Shown one piece after another: positions 25,179 to 36,995 of a DNA stretch of 49,923 bases (positions are counted from its first letter, which is position 1; each line of letters opens with the position of its first letter). The notes beneath the pieces were generated by a model. It was not told the DNA's origin, made no database searches, and worked only from the letters and a program-made list of their open reading frames with translations. The DNA is from Perkinsus olseni. Its lineage: Eukaryota. Made by a program: the position numbers and the translations under genes. The DNA lies in contig JABANN010000036.1 of the NCBI GenBank assembly GCA_013115125.1, forward strand, positions 62,001 through 111,923, read 5' to 3'.

Positions 25179-26733
25179 TCAACTGGCGCCCCCAGCGGCA
25201 GCTAGTAACTTCTGAACTTCCTCATCATACCGTTGGTATTCCTCATCGGTCATTTGGTCCTGCAGATCGTCTCTTTCCCGCACCACTGAGAGTTTATAAC
25301 GGACCCCGGCCACCGTGACCATGACATCCGCCTTATGCGACGCGGGCTCCTCCTTCAACTCAGCCTTCATGGGCCGCTGAGCCATAACCTCCTGAGCGCC
25401 GGGCAGGCGGGTGACGTCGAAGTGCTTCAACTTCTCCGCCTCCCTCGCAAGCTCCTGTCGCTTCACCCGCTCGAAGGCTTCCTTATCGAAGGTGTCCTCT
25501 GCCGGCCGTTTCTTGACCTGGTCCTTGTTGTGGTTTACTATAGAATCCAGTTCGATCTTAGTTGTAGTAGACTCAGCATTGAGCCAGCTGGGAGCTGCTA
25601 CTGCAGTCTTGCCGAACGATGACGACTGGTTGGGCGAAGGCACGTTGGCCTGCGGCTTCCACTCTCCAGCGTTCCCAAAGATCTCCTGTACTCCACTACT
25701 GACACTAGGCCCGCCGTTCGCGTTGTTTTCCATGGCCGCCTCTTCCTTTGCCCGTTCAGCCCGTATCTTCTCTAGCATAGTTTTCTTTACAACCATTGGT
25801 CGTGGTACATACATTCCTCTAAGAGAACAGAAAGCCCTCGCAAGGCGGGTTCAACCAGGCCACACCCACAACTACCTGCATAGTTCCAGTCTTCGCTCGA
25901 GGCCCGACAGCTGTTGCGTTGCCCGTAGGATCTTGCTTTCCACTTCGGCCTTCTTGTCCTTATTATTGGTAGCAGTGAGCTCTCGATCACAGATATCGCA
26001 ATGGAACAGCCCATCCGCCCCAACCAAGGATATGGCCCGCAGGGTATCGAACACACGATTGCACTCTAAGAAAGGCATTCATGATCGGCTACTCTAAGGC
26101 GCCAACATCAACCCCGAGGAAAGGGATCTTGTTCCAGAGTATTACTATCGCAGTTGAACTCCTCCGCCATTTGCCACCGCGCCAGCTGTTCCTGCAGCTG
26201 CCGCCGCACTTGCTGCAGTCGATAGATGGACGAACAGATGACGTTAGGGGAGAGTCGGTACCAGTTCATAGAGCTGCCAGGCTTGGCATGCCGAGAGGAC
26301 TCGCCCTGACCCACTATGACTAATAACAGTAGAGATCAATATATTGGGCCACTTCACCTGAGGGTTTTCCATCTCTACTACATGGTCCCGGCAGAGGGAG
26401 GCGTCGAGCGCTCCGCGGACTTGCTTGACAGCCAGGTTCAATCCCTGAGACCGGCCAGTTCATCCGAGTGTGGGGATCGGTATATTACCTCTGCTATTTG
26501 CTGGTCCGGATATGCCACGTTATGGTTGTGCAAAAGAAACATCACAACCATGTTCTCGACATCACCGTAGAACATGCCGCACAAACACTCTGAGAGTTGC
26601 TAATGGAGTGGTACGACGAAGACTGATGAACCTTCTTACCAACAGCATCCTTGAAAAGGGCTGGATTGAAGGGTGAGAATCCAGGCGGAGCTTTCAAGGA
26701 CCCTGGTACCGAAACATAGTACTTGTCCGACAT
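25179..26733 (-). CDS. GTF2E1: Transcription initiation factor TFIIE alpha subunit
   Basis: N-terminal winged-helix region (MFYGDVENMVV..., LNLAVKQVRGAL), zinc ribbon FNC..CNRVFDTL...LFHCDICDREL and C-terminal domain VMVTVAGVRYKLSVV...QMTDEEYQRY. Confidence 0.88.
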
Positions 26734-27771
26734 GCTCTGATGACCGACCAAAAGGCTCAGAAAAGCACTAACGGAGATGGCTAGTCCCATGCCAGCCTCT
26801 GTAGAAGCTTTCCTTATACATCGTGCTGTCCATGGTACAATCGCCACGTCTCTCAGTGGGTCGTGCACGGCGGAGTAATTTCGAAGCGACAGCAGGTGAG
26901 ACCGACCAGAAGGGTGGTACTGGTGTATTGTAGAGGGAGCTGAACGGCAGCCTTCGCGGTCGTTCAACAAACCGATTCTGTAACTTAGAATCGATTCTAA
27001 GTGTAAAAATGGATCCCACAGTCGATTCTGAGTTACAGAATTGCTCAATTGTAACGGGGGGTTCAGCAACCCCAACTGAGTTTCTTAGGCCTCCGTTAAG
27101 GAGGACCAGACAAGCCCCCGATAGAACACCGAAATTGTCGAGGATATTTACTTGCAGGTCGTTCCCTGTATGCTGGTAATCGCCCAAGGCAGGCCCGTCA
27201 ACTCGCCAAGAGGCCTCCAACCCGTACAACAGTGAGTTAGTTAAACACAACCCCTACCAACGAGCATTCTCATGGCCGACTAACGTTCGAAGGTACGAAG
27301 GCAGAAGATTCACCTGGCTCTTCCTCTATGAGCCCCCCTTGCCGTCTTCCAACTATCAGACGGAAATTTTACTTTGTGCATGCGTGCAAACCTCGGCGGG
27401 CGCTCGAAGGCCGTGCGCATGGTCGTGAGAACTATACTAACCCTTACTGAGTTCCATCAGCTGTGGCGATGGAGCCCTCTCCACTAGACTAGGGTCTCGC
27501 TGTGATGCATGGAGCGCGCTCTATCAGCGACCTCGGGAGTCCGCCATGGTCCGTGGGAGTTCACTCTGCTGCTTCTCGAGGAGTACTATCATTCCAGTCC
27601 AGTATGGAAGGTGATCGCACCAATTTTTGAAGTAGGAGCCGAGTATTGGAGAGCCTTTCCGAGAAGGGGATCTCTCATAGCGCTAGCGAGGACCTCGGGA
27701 ATAATAGGGTTGTTGCAAGTTGTGCGGGCAGTTCAAACTCAATCTGCAGGTTGCCATTTTGTTACTTTTCT

Positions 27772-29645
27772 ATGACATCTTCGTCTATGGTCCATGAGAC
27801 TTTAGTGACCCCTTCAATCCCACCCCGCAATCATAAGCCCGATAATGACGCTACCCGAAAGAAGAGAGCCCGGCTGGAGTTCGGTAGGCCACCCTCCTAG
27901 CTTTCTCCTTTAGTGATCCTCCTCGCCTTTCAGCTCCCCCGTTGAGCGCCCTGGTTACCGGATATGGCGCCCAGGCTGGCAAGCCCCTAGTGGGCCGTTA
28001 CCAATGCTCCATGGTCTGCCCTAGAGAGGCTCTCCGGAAGCTGATGGCCAAGCTAGTGGACATCCAAGTCGAATCAAGGTGTGTCATTCAACTCGGCGAG
28101 GACGCAGTCGACCCTGAGGGCAACAACGCGGGTGTGACGCTGAAGCTAGCGGCAAGTAGTATCTTATGGCATCCAAGGTTGATGCTTGCTGATGATGGAA
28201 ATGTTGCTGCAGATACTGATCTCGCCTTGCAAGAATGTAAAAATAGAGTGCAGGAGATCATATCAGGCTCTTTGGCCTCCCATGTTGGGAAGATGCCAAG
28301 GGGATATGACAAAAGCGTAATACCAACTTTCGACCAACTTTTGTAAGCATCGACGATTCTTTCAGGTCCTTACTATACCAGCTGCCCGCGTCAGCGATGT
28401 TCTCGGTCCACGCGGTGCTGTTATTCGTGCTATACAGAGAGACTCTGGTGCTAAGTTGATTCTAGCGCCCTTACCCGATGGCGACCCTCGAGCGAACCAT
28501 CCGGGTGACCATGCACTTACTTTAATAGGAGGCTCAGACCAGATTGCCGCTGCCGCATGGATGATCCACGACGTCCTCCAAGGCCAGTACAACACTTACT
28601 GCGCTGTCTTCCAGCAGGAGCTGGATCGTCGTGCTAAGTCACAATCGGCCGGTCCTGGGTTCACCAGGCACGCCGGCGGCAACGTTTGGGAGGAGAGGGT
28701 AACAGCTCACTCGACGCTACTTGACTGAATTCGCTTCTCTTCAGATCGTCCACATCCCCGAGGAGATCGCGTGCTCTATGACTGGCCCTGACGGTAGTAA
28801 CTGCTTCGCGAAGCTGGAAGGTGCCTCGGGAGCTACGGTTACTTTTGAATGTAAGAACCTCTTCTATGTTGAGCTTTGGGGATTTTTTTCTGTCAGCTCC
28901 CACCTTCAACCCCTTTGAATTGGACGGTACGAGTCTGTCAAGTCTTGGTAAGAGGTTGCTACTGTGGCAAAGTGTATCAGTCTCGTTCTTTCAGCCCCTT
29001 CGGTATTCACCCCAAGCCCCATCCCACCTGATGATACCAGCACTCGAACTCTGACAATATCCGGCAGGAGCCCAGAGGTTGCTGCTGCGTACGACGTTGC
29101 AGTTGCCATGATTGAAAGCAACGTGGAAGCTCAGCGAGTTGCGGACCATGCGGGAGAGTAAGTCGCTCAGCCTCCCAAGCCCGATCGGATTTTCTGGTTT
29201 TTCTATCAGAAATGCTCCCGTCTTGTCGCCGTTCGGTGCCGCAAGTGAAGCAAACTCATATTCGACGCTGGGCAGCTCTTCTCGCAGAAGCTCACATCTG
29301 GCCGGAGGCGACAATGAACGCCAAACGCGTGTTCTGGAGATCCCCTTCGAGTACATCGGCAACGTAGTTGGTCCGCAAGGTGCGGTACTGTGGGCCATCA
29401 AGCACGATACTGGTGTCATTCTTACGATGGAAAAAGGAACCGTGCGTGGAGCTCCGAGACCGTTGGTGATGAGGGGCACTCCTGCGAGCCTAGACAAGGC
29501 GACCCAGCTTGTGAATGAAGTCCTCGAGGTGAGCCTTTTCGCTTCCCTGGTCGGTAGAGGAGTTTACTCTTCCTTCCATCAGGGTCGTTACGACATCGAT
29601 GAGGCAGTCCGGCGTCGGCAAGAGGAGTTCCGCAGTAGAAGGTGA
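27772..29645 (+). CDS. Multi-KH-domain RNA-binding protein A
   Basis: GxxG loops VLGPRGAVIRAIQRDSGAKL, MTGPDGSNCFAKLEGASGA and VVGPQGAVLWAIKHDTGVIL. Confidence 0.85.
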
Positions 29646-30392
29646 CGCCGGCTGCTCCCAAGATACGGCAGGTGTCGTTCTGTCAAGGCCGCCGCCTGTA
29701 GATGATGCCCGCTTGGCGTATGAAGTTCATTTTTATTCTGTATCATGTTGTACAGTGTGGTCCTCGGCTTCACCCGAGATCCACGAGGCTGGAACCTTGT
29801 ATTTTCTGAAGGTGTGGTATGAGTGTTTCCCGCCCATACCGTACCGTGTGTGGAGGCCTCTTAGGGGGCTCCTCCTTTTCCGGCCTTTTGTTCATCCAGG
29901 CTCATCAGTATTATCGCCCGACGCTTGAAAGCAGCATCGGTGGTGTCCTGGTACCAGCCGAAACAAACTAATATGATTTCTTCCTTCTATTACTACTAAC
30001 CACAAGCTACTACTACTACAACTCTTCTTCTCTATTCTTATCACTTTCTCTATCATCATTGCTACACCTACGTCGTTACCCGCTATAACGTTGAGTGTAC
30101 AGATCCTTCTAGTAGTCTACTGTTCTTCAGTCGTTTGCTCTTATGGTGCTCATGAGGGAAAACGAGGGCTGCTGAAGACAGCGGCAGCTCTGCTGTTGTT
30201 GTCGCATGTAGTTCAACTTAATAATTTACTGGCGTTAATCCTGAGTAGCTAATCGTCATTGTGATCCATCCGGCTTTCTTGACGACGGTGAGTTGCGTTG
30301 GACCAACCGCGGGGGGATGGACCTCTGAGGAAGTATCCTAGGTCGAAGCTGGCGTGTTTCAGGCAACGTTAAGATACTCCCTACCTCTCATT

Positions 30393-32831
30393 ATGGACAG
30401 CAGCGGTATGACATCCTCCGCTGGGTCATCAGCAGGTGTGAAACGCGGATGGGACCAGAGCGCTACCAATGACAATAGTAGTGGTAATGCGACCAGCGAG
30501 TCCGCTATGCCACCACCTGAGAAGAAGCCAGCCACTGCGGATCTGGTGGCTCAGGCTGCGGCAGCGGCCGCTGCTGCTGCGGCACGAGTGACGGCAAGTG
30601 TGTGCTCCTCCTCTCTTCGGCTCTTTTATGGGTCGTTCTGTAGATGTGCAGCGCCCTCCACAAAGTATGGCACAGCCACCCCCACCACCGCCGCCGGCCC
30701 AGCATGTGCCTCCGCCCCCGCCGGCCCAGCATGTGCCTCCGCCTCCACCGGCCCAGCAAGTGCCTGCCCCACCGGTGCCCATGACACCTCCAGCCAGACT
30801 CGACATCACTCCGGAAGGTGATTAATGGGCCACATGGCGCGAGCATGGCGAGATTGCTTTCCTCTCTGATAGGCGAGAAGAGCTCTGCCAGTGCCTACGG
30901 TGCTGTCATCGCATCCTCGATACCTGAAGAATTCGTCCGTGAGGTTAAGTGCCCACAGTCGGTGATGGGGAGGGTAGGCCAGAGCCGCCATCTCGTGGTT
31001 GGTGGCAGTGTTGGTGGCGTCAGGTTATCGGACCACGTGGCGCGACCATCAATCAGCTGCAGAGCACGACGCTGTGCAAGATACAATGCCAACCTGGAAA
31101 GCCCGGAGGTTTCGCAAGAGTGAAGATCTCTGGCCGTAAGACACCTCGGCGGCATTCTCCTCTCCCCCCGATGAATGGTTCCCCTACCAACGCTGAACCT
31201 CCCGTTGATTCTACTCACTCATCGTGATGCCGTACTGAGTGTGAGAGTGTCTTTAGCTCCTATTAGTGAGCGGCGACTATGATGAGGATTTCGGCTGTCT
31301 TCATACGCGACAGCACAGCTTCCGTGTTCTCAGCTACGCAGACTTGCGTCGACGGCGCTGTGATCTATGTTCAAGCGATGGTCGGCAATTGGGACGACTA
31401 CACCGATGAGCAGCTCATTGCGGCTGGCGGGAAGGAAATTAGAAAGGTAGTATTGCTGGGGACGCTATACACGTTCCTGGTTGCCGCTGAGTCGTTCGAG
31501 CCACGCTGGATTGGTGAGCTTAATCACAGCATTGCCGAACTTGAAAGATCCGCTGGCCTCTGGTTGTACCCGAGCTCCGATCTCGTACGGTCGATGGTTG
31601 ACAACCCGATAGGGCTTCTCTCCCTCCTCTCTCTTGCGTCACACTTGTGTTTTCGGTAGGAGATCGTCATCCCGCACATTCATGTGGGAAGCGTCATCGG
31701 GCCGAAGGGATCTGTCATCAAAACCATCGAGGCCGACACGGGTGCCAAGCTCGAAGTTGGTAAGTTGCTCGGCGCGCATTGGACATCACCATCATCAGCG
31801 GCATCTTCCGACGGTTCTCCGATCAGGGCAGCGGGAGTATGTGAAGGTTGCTATTTCAATTTGAGTGTAGTTTTAGCTACTGCTGCTACCACTACTGAAA
31901 ACCTCCCTTTCTGATCGATTCTGCAGTTGCCTTTGTCGTCTGCCATTCTCCTCGTTCTTGTCACTCTTAATCTGGTTATGAGGAACCGTTGTAGTCAGCG
32001 CTTAGTGCTACAGTAAGTGATTACACTCCAGCATTGAGGAATGACCATCAAGGGACCAGTCCTCCTGTCTTTATACCCTCCCTTTCCTGACAGATAACCG
32101 TAGCTCTCGTGGGTCGAAGGAAGATCGTCACATGACCATCTCTGGACCTGAGCAGGCTGTCGAGAAAGCTGCTCAGTATGTGATGTCCGTCATGGCTGGC
32201 ACGTACGACATCAATCAGGCCGTCCTCAGGATGACAGCCCTCGAGAACAGCACTGGGTGAGTGTGGAGGCGGGGAGATAGACAATGTCTGGATGGACTCT
32301 TGTCGTAGGGCCTACTTCAGCGCTCAAGCTCAGCAGCTCGGTAATGCTCAGCAGCAGCAACAGCAGGCCTGGGCCAATGCCCAGTACCTTAGATGGCCGG
32401 CAGAGCAGGCTATTGCTCAGGCTGCCTACAACCAGGTTATGGCTGAACTCGCCGCGGGAAAGAGTGCCCAGAGCCCCGGAGCCCCGCTGACTCCCGCGGC
32501 TGGCAGTGCAAATGTGGCTGCGGTCAGTCCTGCTACACCGGCCGCCGTTACGCAGACCCCGGCCATGGACCCAGCTACTTTAAAGCAATGGAAGGACTAC
32601 ATCGGTCAGTGCAACAAGGCCATAGCTGATGCCCCCAAGGAAAGACGGAAGGAGATGAAGGACTATGTCGAGAACCTGAAGAGGCAGTACGGGCTGACGG
32701 ATGAGATGCTTGGCGGTGCTATTGAAGTTGCCGAGGAGAAGGAGGCAGCACCGGAGGAGCCAGCGCCCGTAGACCGACGCCTCGCCAGTGTGGGGAAGAG
32801 CACCGCTGCCGAGCAGCAGCCTACTGACTAA
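30393..32831 (+). CDS. Multi-KH-domain RNA-binding protein B (FUBP/KSRP-like) with Ala-, Pro- and Gln-rich tracts
   Basis: VMGRVIGPRGATINQLQSTTLCKI and VGSVIGPKGSVIKTIEADTGAKLE; poly-A N-terminus, PPPAQHV repeats and a Q-rich tail ending in the WKDY region. Confidence 0.85.
30688..30772 (+). repeat. Coding tandem repeat (3 x ~27 nt) encoding PPPAQ(H/Q)VP
   Basis: ccgccggcccagcatgtgcctccgcc units repeated in tandem. Confidence 0.8.
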
Positions 32832-32962
32832 CCTAACGACGTTTTCACCTTTCGTGTAGTATTCGTATTTTGCCCTCAGTAGTAATATGCCTTGTGTTCG
32901 CAGTGTGAGGAGGGGAGCCGTGTCGAAGTTGCAAACCGCAGTGTTGTTAGTCTAGGGCTGCT

Positions 32963-35086
32963 ATGGCCGTGGGCTTGCCGGAATCACCATCGACAACAAG
33001 TCGGTCTAGGTCCAGCGTCGGCACTACAGCTGATGCAGGATTCGTACTCGGGACGCGAAGGTGAGCTCAAGACGGCAGACTGGCGGCCCCTGTTACCTCG
33101 GAAGTTCCGAGTCGGAACGGTGTCCTTCAGTGGCCGGACAGAGCAGCCAGTCCGACTGTCCATAGCCCCGATGGTTGACGTGTCTGACCGAGATTTCCGA
33201 ACGGTAGTCATGGGCATTGGCATCCCAAGGGACCTGACTGTTTCCTCAGTTCATGCGACTGCTGAGTAGCAAATGTGAGGTCTGGACGGAAATGTTGGTG
33301 GACCAGGCACTGGTCCACAACGAGGAGGCCTCACAGCACTTGGAGCAGCTCATAGGCTTCTCCGCGCCAGAACACCCAATCGTATGCCAACTCGGCGGCC
33401 ACGATCCGACCAAGCTGGCAGCCGCCGCCCGGATAGCCCATCTTCGTGGCTACGATGAGGTCAATCTCAATGTTGGCTGTCCGAGTTCGCGCGTAGCCGG
33501 CCACGGCCTGATGGGTGTAGCACTGATGAAGACGCCAGAGTTGGTCCGAGATTGTCTGCGAGCTCTGGAAAACGAAGTGAGCCGGGGATGGTACTACCAT
33601 CATGGTAGGTCGGAGTGGGAGGTCGAAGCCGTAACGGCGGCGAGAGAAGCATCGGTCTACACTGCGGCGTCCGATGGACTCGTGTGTCGGGAATGGGCTC
33701 GGGAAGTAGATCAGCTCTTCCATAGTAGTTATATATGTCGAAGTTAGCCAAGCATTCATATTCGATCTTCACAGCGTGTGGGGACGGGACACCACAGAAC
33801 GCCTTAGCCTGGTTAACTTGACTTTACCCGTCGGGAGTCTATTTGGCCTTGAGTGAGGCCGCCATGCCAGCGCTCAAGGATTCGCCTCATCCCCGGAATA
33901 AAACGCCATATTCGATGCCGCCGCTAAACTGGCCTCCTTATCTTCCGACTCGACCTCCCTACTCCGACTCTACCGCCAAGCCGATGTCTTACTCGCTGAT
34001 GTGATATCCTCGAGCGCTGGCATAACGGCCTCATTCAAGGCCGAAGAGACTTCTGAATAGCATAGTCGGACTAGCGCTCTCCTCAGGTTCCTTATGTTTC
34101 TATTAAAACACGTCTTGGGGTCGATGATCTCGATACGGAAGATTTCACCCGTTCGTTCCTCGACACTATTTTACCTCCTCTGGGCAGCAGCCCGGGTGCT
34201 CAGCAGCCTTATCGTGTCATCATGCACTGCCGGAAAGCCTGGCTGCAAGGCCTATCGCCCGCGGAGAACCGTACGCCACTGGTCTGCTCGAACGGCTCTC
34301 CTGGAAGAGATTCGCCCTCAGGTACCATTCCGCCGCTCGATTATCCCCGAGCATGCAGAGTTTTGGGCGACTTCGGATCCAGAGTTCGGTGGACCCTCAA
34401 CGGCGGCATCGAGACGCTGTGGCAGGCGAAAGACGTTCTGACCAGCGACCTATCCCCGGCCAATCTCGAAGGTACTGAGCAGGGCCCTTAGCCCTTGAAC
34501 CGCGTTATCGTTCGGTCAGGCGTTATGATCGGTCGGGCAGCCTACAATAACCCATGTATGCTGCATGACACCGACGTCTATCTCTACGGCTGTGATGAGA
34601 ACCCTGCATCAGCCCAGTCCCGAGGGGCCCTCCTCGAGGCCTATGCCGACTACCTTCATGACCGGTATCCTCTCGAAAGCGACTCCCCACTCACACCTGG
34701 GACCTTCGCGACCTCACTGAAGCCGGTAATGGGGAGCTGCTCCGCGCCCTTATAATCGTGTATGCTCTCAGACGCTTGGGACGTTTGCGAACAAGTCGGG
34801 CAATAGGGCTTACCGACAGGCCGTCGATAGTCTCATCAAGGCCCATAAGCGCAGCGGGGAGGTCGGCCCGGGGGATGTTATCAGAATGGCGATGAGGGAG
34901 ATGCCCGAAGACGTACTTTGGGAGCCACTGCCTTCCACAGTCGACATTGAAGAGGCTGAAAGGGCGGAGCGTGAACGGATGGCCGATTGGCAGCGCGATG
35001 AGTTAGAGCGTCGACGAGTACAGTACGCCAAGAAAGAGGCTACTCAACGGGCCCGGCTGGAGGCCGCCAAGGCTGTAAATAGCTGA
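32963..35086 (+). CDS. dusA: tRNA-dihydrouridine synthase, DusA-type, multi-exon with a predicted 6-nt microexon (33609-33614)
   Basis: [68 protein letters not shown], LNGGI and GVMIGRAAYNNP. Confidence 0.92.
33831..34056 (+). repeat. Long imperfect inverted repeat (~50-bp arms, ~125-nt loop) in the 472-nt DUS intron
   Basis: 33831-33881 tcgggagtctatttggccttgagtgaggccgccatgccagcgctcaaggat pairs with 34006-34056 atcctcgagcgctggcataacggcctcattcaaggccgaagagacttctga, with several G-U pairs on the sense strand. Confidence 0.9.
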
Positions 35087-35657
35087 ACGTATAATACGGC
35101 TAGTTCCTTGTGTAGCCGAGCCGCAACACCATTACTGTTATTACTGTCCTCTCGTGTGTGTCGTGTGAGTGGACCCAAGGTGGGCAGCAAGAAGCCTGTT
35201 GCATGAGTATCATCAGTACCGCCTCATCACCGTAGCTGTTCTAGTGGCGTAGCGATCAGTTCTAGTTGAGCCCCCCCCACTTGGATGTCTCTATTGCAAT
35301 GCCCTTACTGCCACGCCAAGCTGCAGAGCCCATCCTGCAGGGCGCCGGTGCTCTGCGATGCGAAGACATCAACTCCGCCCATCCGGCACCAACCCTCTCG
35401 AGGCTTGCCTCTGCTCACTCGAGAATCGAGGCTAGCCAATCGTCAATGGCTTTCGCGGAGTCGCCCTTCCGCTGCTGCCAGGAGTAGCAACTCCCTACCG
35501 GGTCCTCCGGTCAGACGCTCAGAGTTGTCCTTCGATGCAGAGTCCACATTCGTCTACGTCACTCCCCGCAAGGCGTCAAGGCGCGGCGCGGCAACATTTT
35601 AGTCCTTCTGTGTGGAGCCAGCCTTCACGCGCATTGAAACTGCCACTCCCATGCTCG

Positions 35658-36995
35658 ATGTTTCCAGCTCGTGTTGTCTTGTCGTTCCCTGTCGGTGTTA
35701 TCGTCCAATCGTCGTCCCGTCAGTTTGATGGTTTCCCCCTCACTCTCGCCACCATCATGGATGTAGGGATGGACTTGCTATTCCTCCATCCCCGAGGTGG
35801 CGCCACCAACCTCGGCCATGTCATCGACGGCGTGGCGACCGGCGGCAGATCTCCATCACAGCACTGGGCTAGACTTCCCGTTAGCTCCAGCTCAGCTCTT
35901 GGTGCGAACTACATCGGCCTCCTCATGATACCAATCGTCATCCTCCTGGCCGCGATGCGTTCATCCGTTCGCAAGGGCGGAGCGAAGGCCTGCGCTCCGG
36001 TGGAGTCCCACTCGTCCAAGAAGCAGATCAGTGCAGTTTGCGGCAGCGTACAAGGAGATGGCGACCCTTATTGTCGAGCCGGTGACCGGGAACTGACGCT
36101 GAAGGTTCCTGCTGGCATCGAGGAGCGGCTCGAGCTACGCAGAGACTCGACGTTTCCCGACATGTCCGTCGTGCTCGAGGAAGGGGCCCGTCTGAGTCTG
36201 CGGGAGTATGTCGACACGGGTGGGACTACTCGGGTGTACCTCGGAGCTGGGGCGAAATTGGTTCACGTTTTGCACCAAACTGCCGGTGATTGTGTGACGG
36301 AAGTCGAACACGATGAGGGGTCCAAGTACAGTCAGACGAGGCTGGTCATACCGCAATCGAACGAAGCAAGGCACTCGACTGATATCAAAGTGAAGGGCCC
36401 CGACTGCGTTTCGGACGTCCACTCGGTGCACGTGGTTGCGCGTGGAAGTGCACACACTGAGTCGGACTCCTACTGCGACTTCCTCTCCACGGGGACGAAG
36501 GCGCAGCAAACTCACAGAGCGGTGAGGCGAAAAGGACGACTCGGGAATTGTGATGATGTATGGTGCAGTTCTCTTCAGGTGCTCTGCGGTCCCAAGAGCC
36601 GAAGCAGCTGGAGGTCGACCTATATGGTTAACAAGGTGGCTCAGCAGACAGACGCCAATCAGGAGTGTAAAGCTTTGCTCTTCGATCGTACAGCGAGGAT
36701 GACTGCCCGACCAGAGTTGAAGATCCAAGCGGATGATGTGAAAGTCACCCATGGGGCAGCTCTGTCGACCACTATCGACCCCAAACAGGTTGGTGACTAT
36801 TTGCCTTGTTGCTCGCCCTGTCAACGCTGTTCTCAGTTGTTATACCTCATCTCCCGTGGAGTGCCACGTTCGCGTGCCCAGTGGCTGTGTGTGAATGGCT
36901 TCCTCGAAGATACGTTGATGAGGGTTGATGACCCCGAGGATCGAGAGTGGCTCCGTGAGAAAGTGAAGGAAGCGATAGCTGACTTTGAAAAGTGA
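35658..36995 (+). CDS. sufD: SufD (SUF Fe-S cluster assembly), probably plastid-targeted; introns 36522-36578 and 36789-36836; start uncertain (35658/35757/35925)
   Basis: TDANQECKALLFDRTARMTARPELKIQADDVKVTHGAAL...IDPKQLLYLISRGV...VNGFL matches the SufD C-terminus; long N-terminal extension containing a hydrophobic segment. Confidence 0.88.
   Translation: MFPARVVLSFPVGVIVQSSSRQFDGFPLTLATIMDVGMDLLFLHPRGGATNLGHVIDGVATGGRSPSQHWARLPVSSSSALGANYIGLLMIPIVILLAAMRSSVRKGGAKACAPVESHSSKKQISAVCGSVQGDGDPYCRAGDRELTLKVPAGIEERLELRRDSTFPDMSVVLEEGARLSLREYVDTGGTTRVYLGAGAKLVHVLHQTAGDCVTEVEHDEGSKYSQTRLVIPQSNEARHSTDIKVKGPDCVSDVHSVHVVARGSAHTESDSYCDFLSTGTKAQQTHRAVRRKGRLGNCDDVWCSSLQVLCGPKSRSSWRSTYMVNKVAQQTDANQECKALLFDRTARMTARPELKIQADDVKVTHGAALSTTIDPKQVGDYLPCCSPCQRCSQLLYLISRGVPRSRAQWLCVNGFLEDTLMRVDDPEDREWLREKVKEAIADFEK

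Noticed and set aside
29970-30075. CTA/CTT-rich low-complexity tract
   Set aside because: Ordinary intergenic/UTR low complexity with no periodic array.
31165-31240. Possible C/D snoRNA in a KH-B intron (cgatga...ctga...gtgatg...ctga)
   Set aside because: The C box is degenerate and I could not verify an rRNA target.
33831-34056. SRP (7SL) RNA as the explanation for the long hairpin
   Set aside because: No helix-8 GNRA/AGCAG motif or Alu domain is visible on either strand.
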